From: Labilithrix sp.
GTDB taxonomy: Bacteria > Myxococcota_A > Polyangia > Polyangiales > Polyangiaceae
Assembly (NCBI GenBank): GCA_044227045.1
Contig: JBGAFW010000002.1
Coordinates: 195,457 to 259,456 of the forward strand
DNA length: 64,000 nucleotides
Reading direction: 5' to 3'
This document shows, piece by piece, positions 19,662 to 28,689 of this stretch; position 1 is the stretch's first letter, and each line of letters begins with the position of its first letter. A program made the translations under genes and the position numbers. The notes beneath the pieces were generated by a model. It was not told the origin of the DNA and searched no databases. It saw only the letters and a list, made by a program, of their open reading frames with translations.

Positions 19662-19702
19662 CTCTCAGAATTTTGAGAGAGGCTCGTGACCATCCTCTCT
19701 CG
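19662..19702. promoter_or_regulatory. Two adjacent inverted repeats (CTCTCAgaattttGAGAGAG and GAGAGAGgctcgtgaccatcCTCTCTC) overlapping the translation start region of the 19686/19713 gene
   Basis: Direct read. Located at the 3' end of a ~370-bp low-GC divergent intergenic region. Confidence 0.3.
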
Positions 19703-19712
19703 AGGGCTCGGA

Positions 19713-20966
19713 ATGGCCGACGAAAAGAAGCCGAAGATCGATCTGAAGGCACGCCTCGGCAAGACAGCCGTTGGTGGTGCGACTCCTCCGCCTCCTGCTG
19801 CAGGTGGAGCTGGCATCCCCATGCCCGCACCGGCGCCGACTCCGGCTCCGGCAGGAAATGCATCCGGCGGATTCTCGCCGGCAGCGATCCCCGTTCCGAC
19901 TCCGGCGACGCCGAAGGCGGTGGGTGGTGGCTTGCCGGTTCCGCCAGGCATCCCCGTGGGACCGCCCCCGGCCTTCAAGTCGCCTGCGATGAACCTCGAT
20001 CCGTCGAACCCGCTCGCCGCGGCGATGGCTCCTCCCGCCGCGCCGGCTCCGGCTCGGCCGGCGCCTCCTCCTCAACCGCAGCGCATCGAAGTCGATGAGC
20101 TCACGGTTCAAGAGGCTCGCAAGGGCGCGCGCAAGCAGGGCGTCATCGCGGGCATGGTGTTCGGATTGGTGCTCGGCGCCGTCGGCTACATCGCCGGTGG
20201 TGCGCAGGAGACCAAGAAGGGCCGCGAGCAGTCGGTCACCCACGCGAAGTCGCTGGCCGGTGATGTGACGAAGTCGCGCGAGCAGCTGAAGAGCCTCGCC
20301 GACAAGCTCGAGGCAGGTCGCAACACGCTCGGCAAGGACCACAAGTTCCCCGACACGCTCGCGAAGGACCTCGGTGGCATCAACGTCGACTTCGACGGAA
20401 CGAAGCTCGCGGGCGTTCGCTTCAGCGGCTTCAACACCGAGACCACGACGGGCCTCATCGAGTACATCAGCGGCGTTCAAGCGACCAACGATCGCAAGAA
20501 CGCGCTGATCGGCCTCCTGTCGAAGCTCCAGAAGCCGATGACGGAGCAGCTGAACGACGCGGCGGCGAACAAGCCGCCGAAGGTCAGCTTCGTCGTCCTC
20601 CTCAACAAGGACAGCGCGAAGAACCCGTTCGGCGTCCTTGCTCCGCTGAAGACGCCGATCGATCTCAGCGCGGCGATGCCCGCGGAGTTCACCGCGACCG
20701 ACCCGCTCAGCAAGGCGAACGTCACGGCGCCGAAGTTCACGACGCTCGACAAGCCGGGCGCCGCGTACGTCGTGCCGAAGTCGATCGAAGCCGCATGCCC
20801 GAGCGAGACGGCAGGCCAGCTCGGCCAGCTCGTCAGCCAGCTCACGCGCCTCATCAACGACGTGCGCGGCGAGGCTGTCCCCGGCGGTGAAGCCCTCGTC
20901 GAGCCGAAGCCCGGTCTCCTCGAGCGCGCCGACCGCCTCATCGTGAACCTCAACAAGGTTCAGTAG
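19713..20966 (+). CDS. Membrane-anchored protein with a Pro-rich N-terminal segment, one TM helix and a ~270-aa extracytoplasmic domain
   Basis: Pro/Ala-rich 130-aa N-terminus. TM helix VIAGMVFGLVLGAVGYIAGG. Possible GTG start at 19686. Confidence 0.6.
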   Translation: MADEKKPKIDLKARLGKTAVGGATPPPPAAGGAGIPMPAPAPTPAPAGNASGGFSPAAIPVPTPATPKAVGGGLPVPPGIPVGPPPAFKSPAMNLDPSNPLAAAMAPPAAPAPARPAPPPQPQRIEVDELTVQEARKGARKQGVIAGMVFGLVLGAVGYIAGGAQETKKGREQSVTHAKSLAGDVTKSREQLKSLADKLEAGRNTLGKDHKFPDTLAKDLGGINVDFDGTKLAGVRFSGFNTETTTGLIEYISGVQATNDRKNALIGLLSKLQKPMTEQLNDAAANKPPKVSFVVLLNKDSAKNPFGVLAPLKTPIDLSAAMPAEFTATDPLSKANVTAPKFTTLDKPGAAYVVPKSIEAACPSETAGQLGQLVSQLTRLINDVRGEAVPGGEALVEPKPGLLERADRLIVNLNKVQ

Positions 20967-21020
20967 ACCGAGCAGCGACTCTGCAAGCGCTTCCACGAGC
21001 GCTTGCAGAAGCACGTATTT

Positions 21021-21380
21021 CTACGCGGGGACGTAGCCGAACGCGAGGTCGTCGGCCGCGCCCACGCGCACGTAGCCGCGCGCGACGAGCGCGGTGCAGC
21101 GAAGGGCGGTCGGCACCGTCTTGTTGCGTCCGAAGACCGCGAGCACGCTCTTCGTGAACGACCGCCCGCCGCCGATCTGCGCTGGGACGATCACGAGCGC
21201 GCCCGGATCGAGCTCGCTCGGGTCGGGCAAGGCGAGCATGATGCCCGCCGTCGAGGTTGCGTCTTTCTCGCTCAGGCTGACGCGCTTGGCCGACGCACGC
21301 TCCGCCTCGCTCGGCGCGCGGGCCGCGGTCTTCGTGGGCGCATGGCGTGTGGCTTCGTGGTGGTGCTCCTTGCCACTCAC
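21021..21380 (-). CDS. Hypothetical small protein, possibly translationally coupled to the CorC-family gene (GTG start overlapping the corC stop as GTGA)
   Basis: GTG at 21380-21378 overlaps the TGA of the upstream gene. His-rich N-terminus (KEHHHE). No homology recognised. Confidence 0.3.
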   Translation of the reverse strand: MSGKEHHHEATRHAPTKTAARAPSEAERASAKRVSLSEKDATSTAGIMLALPDPSELDPGALVIVPAQIGGGRSFTKSVLAVFGRNKTVPTALRCTALVARGYVRVGAADDLAFGYVPA

Positions 21381-22714
21381 GACGCCGCCTCGATCTTGGC
21401 GCGGCTTCGTTTGCGCTCACTCGTCGTGCCGCTGCTCTCGCCGACTTCACCGCTCTCCGCTTCGCCGTCGCCCTCGCCAGGCGGGACGAGCTCGGAGCGA
21501 ATGATCTCGACCTTCACGACGCGGGTCTCGTCGGCTTCGCGCACGATGAGCTTGTAGCCGTCGAGCGTGATCGTGGCGCCGACCTCGGGGACGCGTCCGG
21601 CGCGATGGACGATGAGGCCACCGAGCGACTCGAAGTCGCCGTCTTCGGGCAGCTTCTTGCCGAGATGCAGCTCGAGGTCCGCGATCGGGATCGCCGCGTC
21701 GGCGACGTAGCGGCCTTCGGCGAGCTTCTGAATCGGGGCGACCTCTTCGGTGTCGTACTCGTCGCGGATGTCGCCGACGATCTCTTCGATGATGTCCTCG
21801 AGCGTGACGAGGCCGCTCGTCCCGCCGAACTCGTCGGTGACGATCGCAAGGTGGAGGCGGCGGCCGCGCATCTCGCGGAGCACGCTGAGGGCGACCTGCG
21901 CCTCGGTGACGAACAGGACGGGCTTGCGGACGATGTCTTCGAGCTTCGTCTCCGCCATCTTTCCTTGGCGAACGACGTCGAAGAGGTCTTTGACGTAGAG
22001 AAGCCCGATCACGTTGTCGACCGTCTCGCGGAACACCGGATAGCGCGAGTGGCCGTCTTTGATGACGTGCTCGAGCACGGCTTCGAGGTCCATCGTGACG
22101 TGGATGCCCGAGATGCGGCGCCTCGGGACCATGACCTCCTTGGCGGTGAGGTGCTTGAAGTCGAGGACGTTGCGGATCATGTTCGCCGGCTCTTTTTCGA
22201 GCGCGCCGGCCTTCTCACCCTTCGCGACGATCCACTCCACCTCGGTCTCGGTCAGCCGTGCGTCGGCGCTGGTCGCGGACTCGGGGACCTTGCGTCCGAC
22301 GAATCGACCGAGCACCGCGAGCGGCTCGGCGAGGGGAAGCACGAGCAGCTCGATCGGCTTCAAGAAGCGGAGCGCGTAGCGGCCCACCTCTTCGGGTCGG
22401 CGGCGGGCGATGGTCGAGAGGACCTCGGCGAAGGTCGCGTAGACGACGACCGAGACGACGACGGCCACGAAGGCGGAGAGCCCAGGGCCGAGACGCACGT
22501 TGAAGGCGTCTGCGAGGACGACGGCGGAGAGGCTGATCGCCAAGACGCGCGCGACCAGCCAGCGCGAGAGCAGCCGCAGCGGATTCTGCGAATACCGAAC
22601 AAATCCCTCGTCTTTCTCGTCGACGAGGTTCGACAGCCGCGCCTCGGGCAGAGCGGTCAACGCGGCGTCGGCGCAGGCGAAGAGTGAGCCGACCGCGGCG
22701 GCCACGATGGCCAT
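21377..22714 (-). CDS. HlyC/CorC-family transporter (DUF21 membrane domain, CBS pair, CorC_HlyC C-terminal domain)
   Basis: N-terminal TM helices, two CBS motifs and a C-terminal transporter-associated domain. The ORF-track extension up to 23902 is an Arg-rich artefact. True start at MAIVAAAVGSLF (ATG 22714). Confidence 0.85.
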   Translation of the reverse strand: MAIVAAAVGSLFACADAALTALPEARLSNLVDEKDEGFVRYSQNPLRLLSRWLVARVLAISLSAVVLADAFNVRLGPGLSAFVAVVVSVVVYATFAEVLSTIARRRPEEVGRYALRFLKPIELLVLPLAEPLAVLGRFVGRKVPESATSADARLTETEVEWIVAKGEKAGALEKEPANMIRNVLDFKHLTAKEVMVPRRRISGIHVTMDLEAVLEHVIKDGHSRYPVFRETVDNVIGLLYVKDLFDVVRQGKMAETKLEDIVRKPVLFVTEAQVALSVLREMRGRRLHLAIVTDEFGGTSGLVTLEDIIEEIVGDIRDEYDTEEVAPIQKLAEGRYVADAAIPIADLELHLGKKLPEDGDFESLGGLIVHRAGRVPEVGATITLDGYKLIVREADETRVVKVEIIRSELVPPGEGDGEAESGEVGESSGTTSERKRSRAKIEAAS

Positions 22715-22767
22715 CACGACCGGACCTAACGGGATTTCCAACTCCGGCTCGCGACTCGCATTGAGAA

Positions 22768-22806
22768 AGGGGCGCCGCCCCCGCGGGGTTTGGGGCAAAC
22801 GCCCCT
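22768..22806. promoter_or_regulatory. Nested palindrome in the corC / hypothetical-gene divergent intergenic region (AGGGGCG ... CCCCGCGGGG ... CGCCCCT)
   Basis: Outer 7-bp arms at 22768-22774 and 22800-22806. Inner 10-bp perfect palindrome at 22779-22788. Lies in an AT-richer non-coding stretch. Confidence 0.3.
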
Positions 22807-22827
22807 CAACGAGAGAAACGGTAGCGT

Positions 22828-23694
22828 GTGGGATGGTCGGCTTCAAGGCCCGCCCACGCCGACCTCCCGGTCGCGCTTGGTCCGTTACGGACAAGCTGCG
22901 AAAATGGCTCGGGTTCTCGGAATGCGGCCCGCGTACGCAGGGCTGCCTATCTCTTTCGATGGGTGATTCGTCAAAAGACGCAACGAAGCCCGAGGTCGGT
23001 CGATGAACCGGACGTGAACCCCACGAACCCCGCCTCGAACGCCTCGAACGCCTCGAACGCACGAGCGCGAGAGCCGCAGCCACCGACTCCGCCGCGGGCG
23101 CCTGGCCACGGCAAGGCGTTTGGTCAGGTCCTTGTCGGCCGGAAGGGCCTCCCGCCCAAGGCATCGCGGGGAGTGATCCGCGCGATCCCTTCGCGTGCCC
23201 ATCTTCCCCCAAACCCAGCGAAGACCGACGCCGCGCCGAAGGGCGACGCGGTCGAGGCCCGCGCCGATCCCCTGCGGCGCGACGAGGACGACGAAGAAGG
23301 CTTGCTTCACGCGTCGACGAGGCATGCGGCGCACCTCGCGCCGCCGTTCTCGCTCGGTGAAGGGCAATGTAGCGGTGGCGTGAACGCGATCGCGGCGACC
23401 GCAGCCACGCGTGAGATCGACGCTGCACCTGCGACGGCCGCGCGCGTCTCGATGGAGGATTTGCTCCCGCAGCTCGTTCGGCGCATCGCGTGGGCAGGCG
23501 ATCGGAAGCGCGGGACCATGCAGCTCGAGCTCGGCGCGGGTCGTCATGAGGGGACCACCGTGACGGTGCACGCCGACGACGGCCGCGTCCGCATCGAGCT
23601 CGGCGGCAAAGACGCCGCTGCCGTCGCCGATCTTCGCTCTCGCATCGACGCACGGCTGCGCAGGCAGGGCATCGATGTCGAGAGCGTGACGTAG
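22828..23694 (+). CDS. Hypothetical protein with a FliK/YscP-like C-terminal domain and a NASNASNA tripeptide repeat. The true start may lie downstream of 22828.
   Basis: C-terminus MQLELGAGRHEGTTVTVHADDGRVRIELGG...LRSRIDARLRRQGIDV follows the FliK_C pattern (LxLxL.P..LG.V.V.L....G.V.I.F....A...L......L...L...GI.V). Divergent from corC and convergent with the peroxidase gene. Confidence 0.35.
   Translation: MGWSASRPAHADLPVALGPLRTSCENGSGSRNAARVRRAAYLFRWVIRQKTQRSPRSVDEPDVNPTNPASNASNASNARAREPQPPTPPRAPGHGKAFGQVLVGRKGLPPKASRGVIRAIPSRAHLPPNPAKTDAAPKGDAVEARADPLRRDEDDEEGLLHASTRHAAHLAPPFSLGEGQCSGGVNAIAATAATREIDAAPATAARVSMEDLLPQLVRRIAWAGDRKRGTMQLELGAGRHEGTTVTVHADDGRVRIELGGKDAAAVADLRSRIDARLRRQGIDVESVT
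23031..23059. repeat. 9-bp tandem repeat (gcctcgaac) x3 encoding NASNASNA
   Basis: Direct read at 23031-23057. Confidence 0.8.
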
Positions 23695-23702
23695 CCGGCG
23701 GG

Positions 23703-25583
23703 TTAGAGGCTCTCGAGGTACGCGGAGAGATCGCTCTTCGCCGCGCTCGACAGGCCGCTGATCGCCGAGGCGTGGCGGCTTCCACCGCACGCCGGATCGA
23801 GGACGTTCGCGAGCGTCGTCGCGCAGCCGTCGTGCACCCAGGGACCACGCCACGCGACGCCGACGAGCGAAGGGACCTGGAATTTCCCGTCCGTCCCGAC
23901 ATTCATCGAGGCGTTGTTCGTGAGCATCGTGCCCTCGTGGCAGCTCGTGCAGTGGGACTCGAACGTGGTCTTTCCGCGCGTGGCCGCGAGATCGGCGGCA
24001 GGACGAAGCGGCTTGGGCGCCGGGAGATCGAACATGTAGTGCTCGAGCGCCTTCACCTGGTAGTCCGCGAGGTAGGGGCCTGCCATCCGCTCGCGGAACG
24101 TCCCGTCGGTGAGCCCTTGTACGTTCGCCACCGAGCCGTCCCAGTGGAAAGGCGCGGTGTTCTTCATCGTGCCGAGCAGCGACGGCGTTCGACGCGGTCC
24201 GATGTCGCCGAACGACCACGTGTGGCCGTCGTCGCCGCCCTCGGCATGGCACGTCGCGCACGCGAGCATGCGGCCTGCCGTGGCGTGGAAGATGTCGTGC
24301 CCGGTGTCTTTGCGGCTGATGTTCGACAGCGGGATCGTCTTCGCCGCGCGAGACAGGTCCTTCGTCATGATGTGGAGCGCCGCGGGCTCTCGCGTCTGCA
24401 CCAGCAGCTCGTCACGGCTCGTGAACGCAGCGGCGATCGCCTGGCCGTCCACGTTGCCTTCGGCGAGCGGCACGCAGTCCTGATGCCCGTCGAGGAGCAT
24501 GTTCTCTTGAACGATGAGGAGCTGATGCAGCCCCTTCGCGAACGCGTTTCCGGCCGCGACGACGACGTGCTGCCGGCCATTCGACGCGACGTCCACCGGC
24601 ACGACGGCGCGCGGAACGATGACCGAGCCGGTGCGGCTCGACAAGCGCGTGACGACGACGCTCACGCTCGCGTCGACCGTGCTCGGTGAATCCACCGGAC
24701 AGTTGCGGAGCCCTGACGGCGCTGCGTAATACTCGCTCGGCAGCGGCACGGGCGGAGGCGGCAGCGGCTCCTGGCTCACCATGATCGGCTCATCGCCTCC
24801 GTCTCCGCGTGGCGCGGGCGCGGCGATCGCGCGGTATCCGACGCTGCCGCCGGTCGTGACCAACGCGCTCGAGACGACGCCGTCGAACACGCGTTCGATC
24901 GCGGCGTTGCGGAAGTGTGTAATGTACATGCTCCCGCTCTTCGAGACGAAGACGTCGCGAAGGTCGGCGCCGAAGTGGCGCGTGCGCGTCGGCTCTCTCG
25001 TGTCGGCGCTGGCCACGGGCGAGAACGAGACGAGCGAGCCGTCCGTGCATGCGATGTGCACTTCGTTGGTCGACTTCTCGAACGCGACGCCTCGCGCCGC
25101 CGTCTTGCAGGCGGGTCGCAGCACGAAGAGCCCGCTCGCGGCCTCGATCGTCACGAGCTCTCCGGTGCCGCGCAGCGCGACGTGAACCTTGCCCTGATCG
25201 TCGAACGCGACGCGCCCCGGCTCGGAGCCTTCGGGCAGCTCGATCGTGTGAAGCAGCGCGCGCTGATCGACGTCGACGAGGTAGACGAGATCGCGATCGG
25301 GATCCGCCATCGCCACGAGGTTTCCGTCAGGGCCGACCGTCATCGTCCCGCCGCTGATCGGCGGAGGCGCCTTTGCCTGCGTCACCGTCGGTCCGAAGGT
25401 CGGCGCGAACGACGCCGCTTGTTCGGTCGGTGAGGGGACCGTGGCGGAGGCGGAGGGGGGATCGCCGCGAAGCTCGTCGGGGGCGAACCGTGTGCTGCAT
25501 GCGCTTCCGGCGGCGAGGCCAATCACGCAAGCGACGCCAAGCGCCGCGCGAGGACCATGGGCTGCATCGGCCTTCATCGTCAT
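23703..25583 (-). CDS. Di-haem cytochrome c peroxidase (CCP/MauG family) lipoprotein with an N-terminal beta-propeller-like domain
   Basis: Two CxxCH haem motifs (CATCH, CTSCH). Lipobox AAGSAC. C-terminal CCP-like region. Confidence 0.8.
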   Translation of the reverse strand: MTMKADAAHGPRAALGVACVIGLAAGSACSTRFAPDELRGDPPSASATVPSPTEQAASFAPTFGPTVTQAKAPPPISGGTMTVGPDGNLVAMADPDRDLVYLVDVDQRALLHTIELPEGSEPGRVAFDDQGKVHVALRGTGELVTIEAASGLFVLRPACKTAARGVAFEKSTNEVHIACTDGSLVSFSPVASADTREPTRTRHFGADLRDVFVSKSGSMYITHFRNAAIERVFDGVVSSALVTTGGSVGYRAIAAPAPRGDGGDEPIMVSQEPLPPPPVPLPSEYYAAPSGLRNCPVDSPSTVDASVSVVVTRLSSRTGSVIVPRAVVPVDVASNGRQHVVVAAGNAFAKGLHQLLIVQENMLLDGHQDCVPLAEGNVDGQAIAAAFTSRDELLVQTREPAALHIMTKDLSRAAKTIPLSNISRKDTGHDIFHATAGRMLACATCHAEGGDDGHTWSFGDIGPRRTPSLLGTMKNTAPFHWDGSVANVQGLTDGTFRERMAGPYLADYQVKALEHYMFDLPAPKPLRPAADLAATRGKTTFESHCTSCHEGTMLTNNASMNVGTDGKFQVPSLVGVAWRGPWVHDGCATTLANVLDPACGGSRHASAISGLSSAAKSDLSAYLESL

Positions 25584-25710
25584 CTTCTCCTTGTCTATGC
25601 GAACGAGCGCGCGCGAGGCGCGTGAGGTGGACGCGCTACGCGAAGCGAGCTGCGCCGTACACCGAACGTGAGGACAGTGTCTTGCGAGCGTGCGCGCGGC
25701 TCACATTCGT

Positions 25711-26415
25711 TCAAGGGCAGACGGCAGGTGCTTCGAGCCAGAGTGGCTGAATCGGCCAGGCCGGCGGCTTCACACATTCGACGCGCATGCCGTGCTTGAA
25801 CGCGCAGCTGCCGTAATCGCACGCGGCCAGCTCGCTGCACGGTTGGCCGAGCCGCGGCCGCCTCGCCGGACACGGGGGTGGGGTGCGGGATGCATCGGGC
25901 GAGCTCGCGCGAGGCTTCACGCACACCCACCGCGCCTCGTGGGCGTGCGCGCCATCGGGACCCGTCGTGCAGGCGCAGGTGGCGCCGTCTTCACGCGGGC
26001 AGAGGCGACCTTCGACCTCGCCTTGCTCGATCTCGCAAGGAGATCCATCGGCAGGGAGAGGTGAGGGGCAAGCGGCGCTGCCTCGCACGGCAGAGGGACA
26101 CGCCACGCGCGATTGCAGATCGAGGACGTAGGACTGCTCCGTGCTCGCCGTGCACACGTACGTCGGGTTGCACGCGGGGTCTTGGTCTTCGCCGGCTTCA
26201 CATACACGGCCAACGGTGAAGCACGACGTCGCGACCCGACTGTCCCACGCCGCGCTCGGACACTCGGTGAGCAAAGGCGAGGCGACCGATCCACTGGAGC
26301 TCTCGCCGCCGCCGTATCCGATGTCGGATTTGACCTCGCAGGCGCCGGCGACGAATGCCAGCGTGAGCGTCGAGGCGATGACGAGAGGGCGACGAAGCGC
26401 AGCGTGGGTGTCCAT
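25711..26415 (-). CDS. Cys-rich secreted lipoprotein (hypothetical)
   Basis: Signal peptide plus lipobox FVAGAC. About 24 Cys in the mature protein. Confidence 0.6.
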   Translation of the reverse strand: MDTHAALRRPLVIASTLTLAFVAGACEVKSDIGYGGGESSSGSVASPLLTECPSAAWDSRVATSCFTVGRVCEAGEDQDPACNPTYVCTASTEQSYVLDLQSRVACPSAVRGSAACPSPLPADGSPCEIEQGEVEGRLCPREDGATCACTTGPDGAHAHEARWVCVKPRASSPDASRTPPPCPARRPRLGQPCSELAACDYGSCAFKHGMRVECVKPPAWPIQPLWLEAPAVCP

Positions 26416-26454
26416 GAGCTATCTCGACCTCGGTCTCGTCTCTCGTCTTCGCCC

Positions 26455-27567
26455 TCAGGGCGTCACTTCGACACGCATCGCGACCGCGCCGAAGGGCTGA
26501 CCCCACGACGCGACGTCGTCTCCGCCGACGCTCAGGGTCAAACGCTGGAGCGTCGTTCCGATCAACGCGTCCACCGCGAGGCGCACCGGGCCGTAGATCC
26601 GAAGCGAGCCACCCGCGCCGACGTTGGCCTGGGCGGTCGCGAGCAAGTCTCTCTCCTTCGTGAAGGAGCCTCCGTACGGCGCGGCCGAGACATCGAGCAG
26701 CACGGCGCCGAGCCCCGCGCCCAACGTCGGGACGAACCGCGAGGATGCATCGACGAGCGGTAGATCCACCGTCATCCCGAAGACGATCGGCTTCATCGTC
26801 GTCGAGACGAGGCCCCACGTCGGCGTGAAATACTGGCCCGTCGCGCCTTGTCCGATCGGCAGATCGAGCCTGGCGCCGAGCATGGCTTGCTTGGCGACGC
26901 GCACCGCGACCTTCGCCGAGAGCGCGTTCGCGCCCGCGTCGACGCCCATGAGGCGCGAGAAGCCTGCGCTGAGGAGCCACGGAGGCGTGCGCTCGTCTCT
27001 GCGTCGGGTGGGGCTCGCGTCGCCTGCGGCCGGAGGAAACGCGACGCCTTCGATCCCCGCCGTGTCGCTCTTGTCATAGGTGATGAACGTGGGCGGCGGG
27101 TCGGAGTCGCCGGCGCCATGCTCGAGGATGGCTCGCGAGATCTCGGCGGCTCGAAGCGCGACGCGGCTCGTGGGCTCCTCGGCGTCGGGCGCCTCGGCGA
27201 CGACTTGCCGAAAGCGAACGTTGCCGGATGCGTCGCGCGTGAAGATGCGGATCATCTCGCCATCCGAGCAGGCCGCCACCCAGCCACGCTTCTCTTCCAG
27301 CCTGGCGCCGACGACGACGCGCGCGCAGTGGTTGGCGTCGTCGACGCGATCCGCGCGGATGTCGAGCGCGGTGAGCTCCTTCTCGAGGCGATCACCGATC
27401 GGATCTCCGGGAGCTGCGGCGACGACGATGCGGCGATCTGCGGCCTCCGCGACGCGATCGACGGACAGCACCGCGCCAAGCACGGAGAACGCAATCGCAG
27501 CCCGAGCGCTGGCTCTCACGGCATGCAAAGTGTCCACAGGCCTTCGTGACGGCTCAACAAAGTGCAT
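26455..27567 (-). CDS. Secreted hypothetical protein
   Basis: Signal peptide (AAIAFSVLGAVLS). Gly/Ala-rich beta-type composition in the C-terminal half. Confidence 0.5.
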   Translation of the reverse strand: MHFVEPSRRPVDTLHAVRASARAAIAFSVLGAVLSVDRVAEAADRRIVVAAAPGDPIGDRLEKELTALDIRADRVDDANHCARVVVGARLEEKRGWVAACSDGEMIRIFTRDASGNVRFRQVVAEAPDAEEPTSRVALRAAEISRAILEHGAGDSDPPPTFITYDKSDTAGIEGVAFPPAAGDASPTRRRDERTPPWLLSAGFSRLMGVDAGANALSAKVAVRVAKQAMLGARLDLPIGQGATGQYFTPTWGLVSTTMKPIVFGMTVDLPLVDASSRFVPTLGAGLGAVLLDVSAAPYGGSFTKERDLLATAQANVGAGGSLRIYGPVRLAVDALIGTTLQRLTLSVGGDDVASWGQPFGAVAMRVEVTP

Positions 27568-27585
27568 GATGCTTCGCCCCCGCGA

Positions 27586-28689
27586 TCACGCATTCGGTGC
27601 GCGTCCGATGGGCTTAGGCAGCGCGCGCTTGCGGCTCCCGAACGCCTTCGCGACCGTCTCGGGCGAAATCCACTCGGCACGCGACCACGACAGGTCACCC
27701 CCATCTGCGCCTTGTTCGCGCGTCAAGATCCACGGCGCGTGGACGAAGTCCTCGACCTCGGCGGTCTCTCCGATCGCCACCTGCCATGGGAGCTCACCCG
27801 TCGCCCACTCGACCTTCGTCGTCGCGCGCTCGGAGAGCCGCGGGTAGGTGAGGTCTTCGTACCGCACCTCGCTCTCCGAGGCGGCAGCTCGACCGGCATC
27901 GATCGGCGTGACGATCGACCAATGCCCGTCGTCGGAGACGACCAGCCAGCGAAGACCTTCGGTCGTGGCGGTCGTGTCGTAGATCAAATACTCGTCCCAC
28001 GTCGACGAGGTGGAGACGTTCCGCCGGCTCACCAAGCCAAGCACGCGACATCGGTCGCCAGGGCGCATCAGCCCCACACCTTCGTCGCCGACGTCCAAGC
28101 ACGGCGGCAACCCCTTCGGACGGGACACGTTCGGCGCCGGATCGAACCGCGGCCATCCTTGCCGTGGACGAAGCCCAAGATCGCCGAGCGTCCGCCGCCG
28201 TCCTTCGAAGACGCGCGGCGTTCGTGCGTCACGATCCCCCTTCGCGCCGTAGTCGATCGACGCGACCACGGCGGGCCGCGTCCGCGACGAGAGGTCCGCG
28301 TAGCGAAACGTCGCGCCGGCCTCGTCGCCTTCGACCTCGCCCCAGCGGGCGACGCGCGTCCCTTCGCCGCGCTCGACCACGACGAAGTCGGTCGCGAGGC
28401 TTACGCCCACCTCGAGATCGTCCCAGGAGGGCGCCAAGGTCGCTTCTTCCATCACCGCGATCGATCCGCCGGGCGCTTCGGCGAGGAAGTAGCGCGGCTC
28501 GTCCTCCGGCACGTCGAGGAAGCGAATCGCCCACTCGTTCGAGATCGCCCCTTTGCGCCCGCGCATGCAGGTGCGGCCCGCGAGGACGAAGGGGCGGCCA
28601 TCGAGCACGCCGCGATCGCCGAGCGTGAGCACGGTCGACTCTTCGAGCCGGCCGGCGATGCCTGTCGCGTTCGACCCCGGACGGTTCAT
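27586..28689 (-). CDS. Hypothetical protein, possibly a tandem DUF4178-like protein (start MNRPGSNATG)
   Basis: Coherent non-Arg-rich composition begins only at MNRPG. Upstream part of the track ORF is an artefact. ATGA overlap with the dipeptidase stop. Confidence 0.45.
   Translation of the reverse strand: MNRPGSNATGIAGRLEESTVLTLGDRGVLDGRPFVLAGRTCMRGRKGAISNEWAIRFLDVPEDEPRYFLAEAPGGSIAVMEEATLAPSWDDLEVGVSLATDFVVVERGEGTRVARWGEVEGDEAGATFRYADLSSRTRPAVVASIDYGAKGDRDARTPRVFEGRRRTLGDLGLRPRQGWPRFDPAPNVSRPKGLPPCLDVGDEGVGLMRPGDRCRVLGLVSRRNVSTSSTWDEYLIYDTTATTEGLRWLVVSDDGHWSIVTPIDAGRAAASESEVRYEDLTYPRLSERATTKVEWATGELPWQVAIGETAEVEDFVHAPWILTREQGADGGDLSWSRAEWISPETVAKAFGSRKRALPKPIGRAPNA

Noticed and set aside
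19665-21014. 449-aa minus-strand ORF
   Set aside because: It is antisense to the Pro-rich membrane protein gene. It is Arg-rich and low-complexity.
21377-23902. 841-aa extent of the CorC-family ORF in the track
   Set aside because: Only the C-terminal 445 aa (from MAIVAAAVG, ATG at 22714) have protein-like composition. The upstream 396 aa are Arg-rich. They cross an AT-richer intergenic stretch and the plus-strand hypothetical gene.
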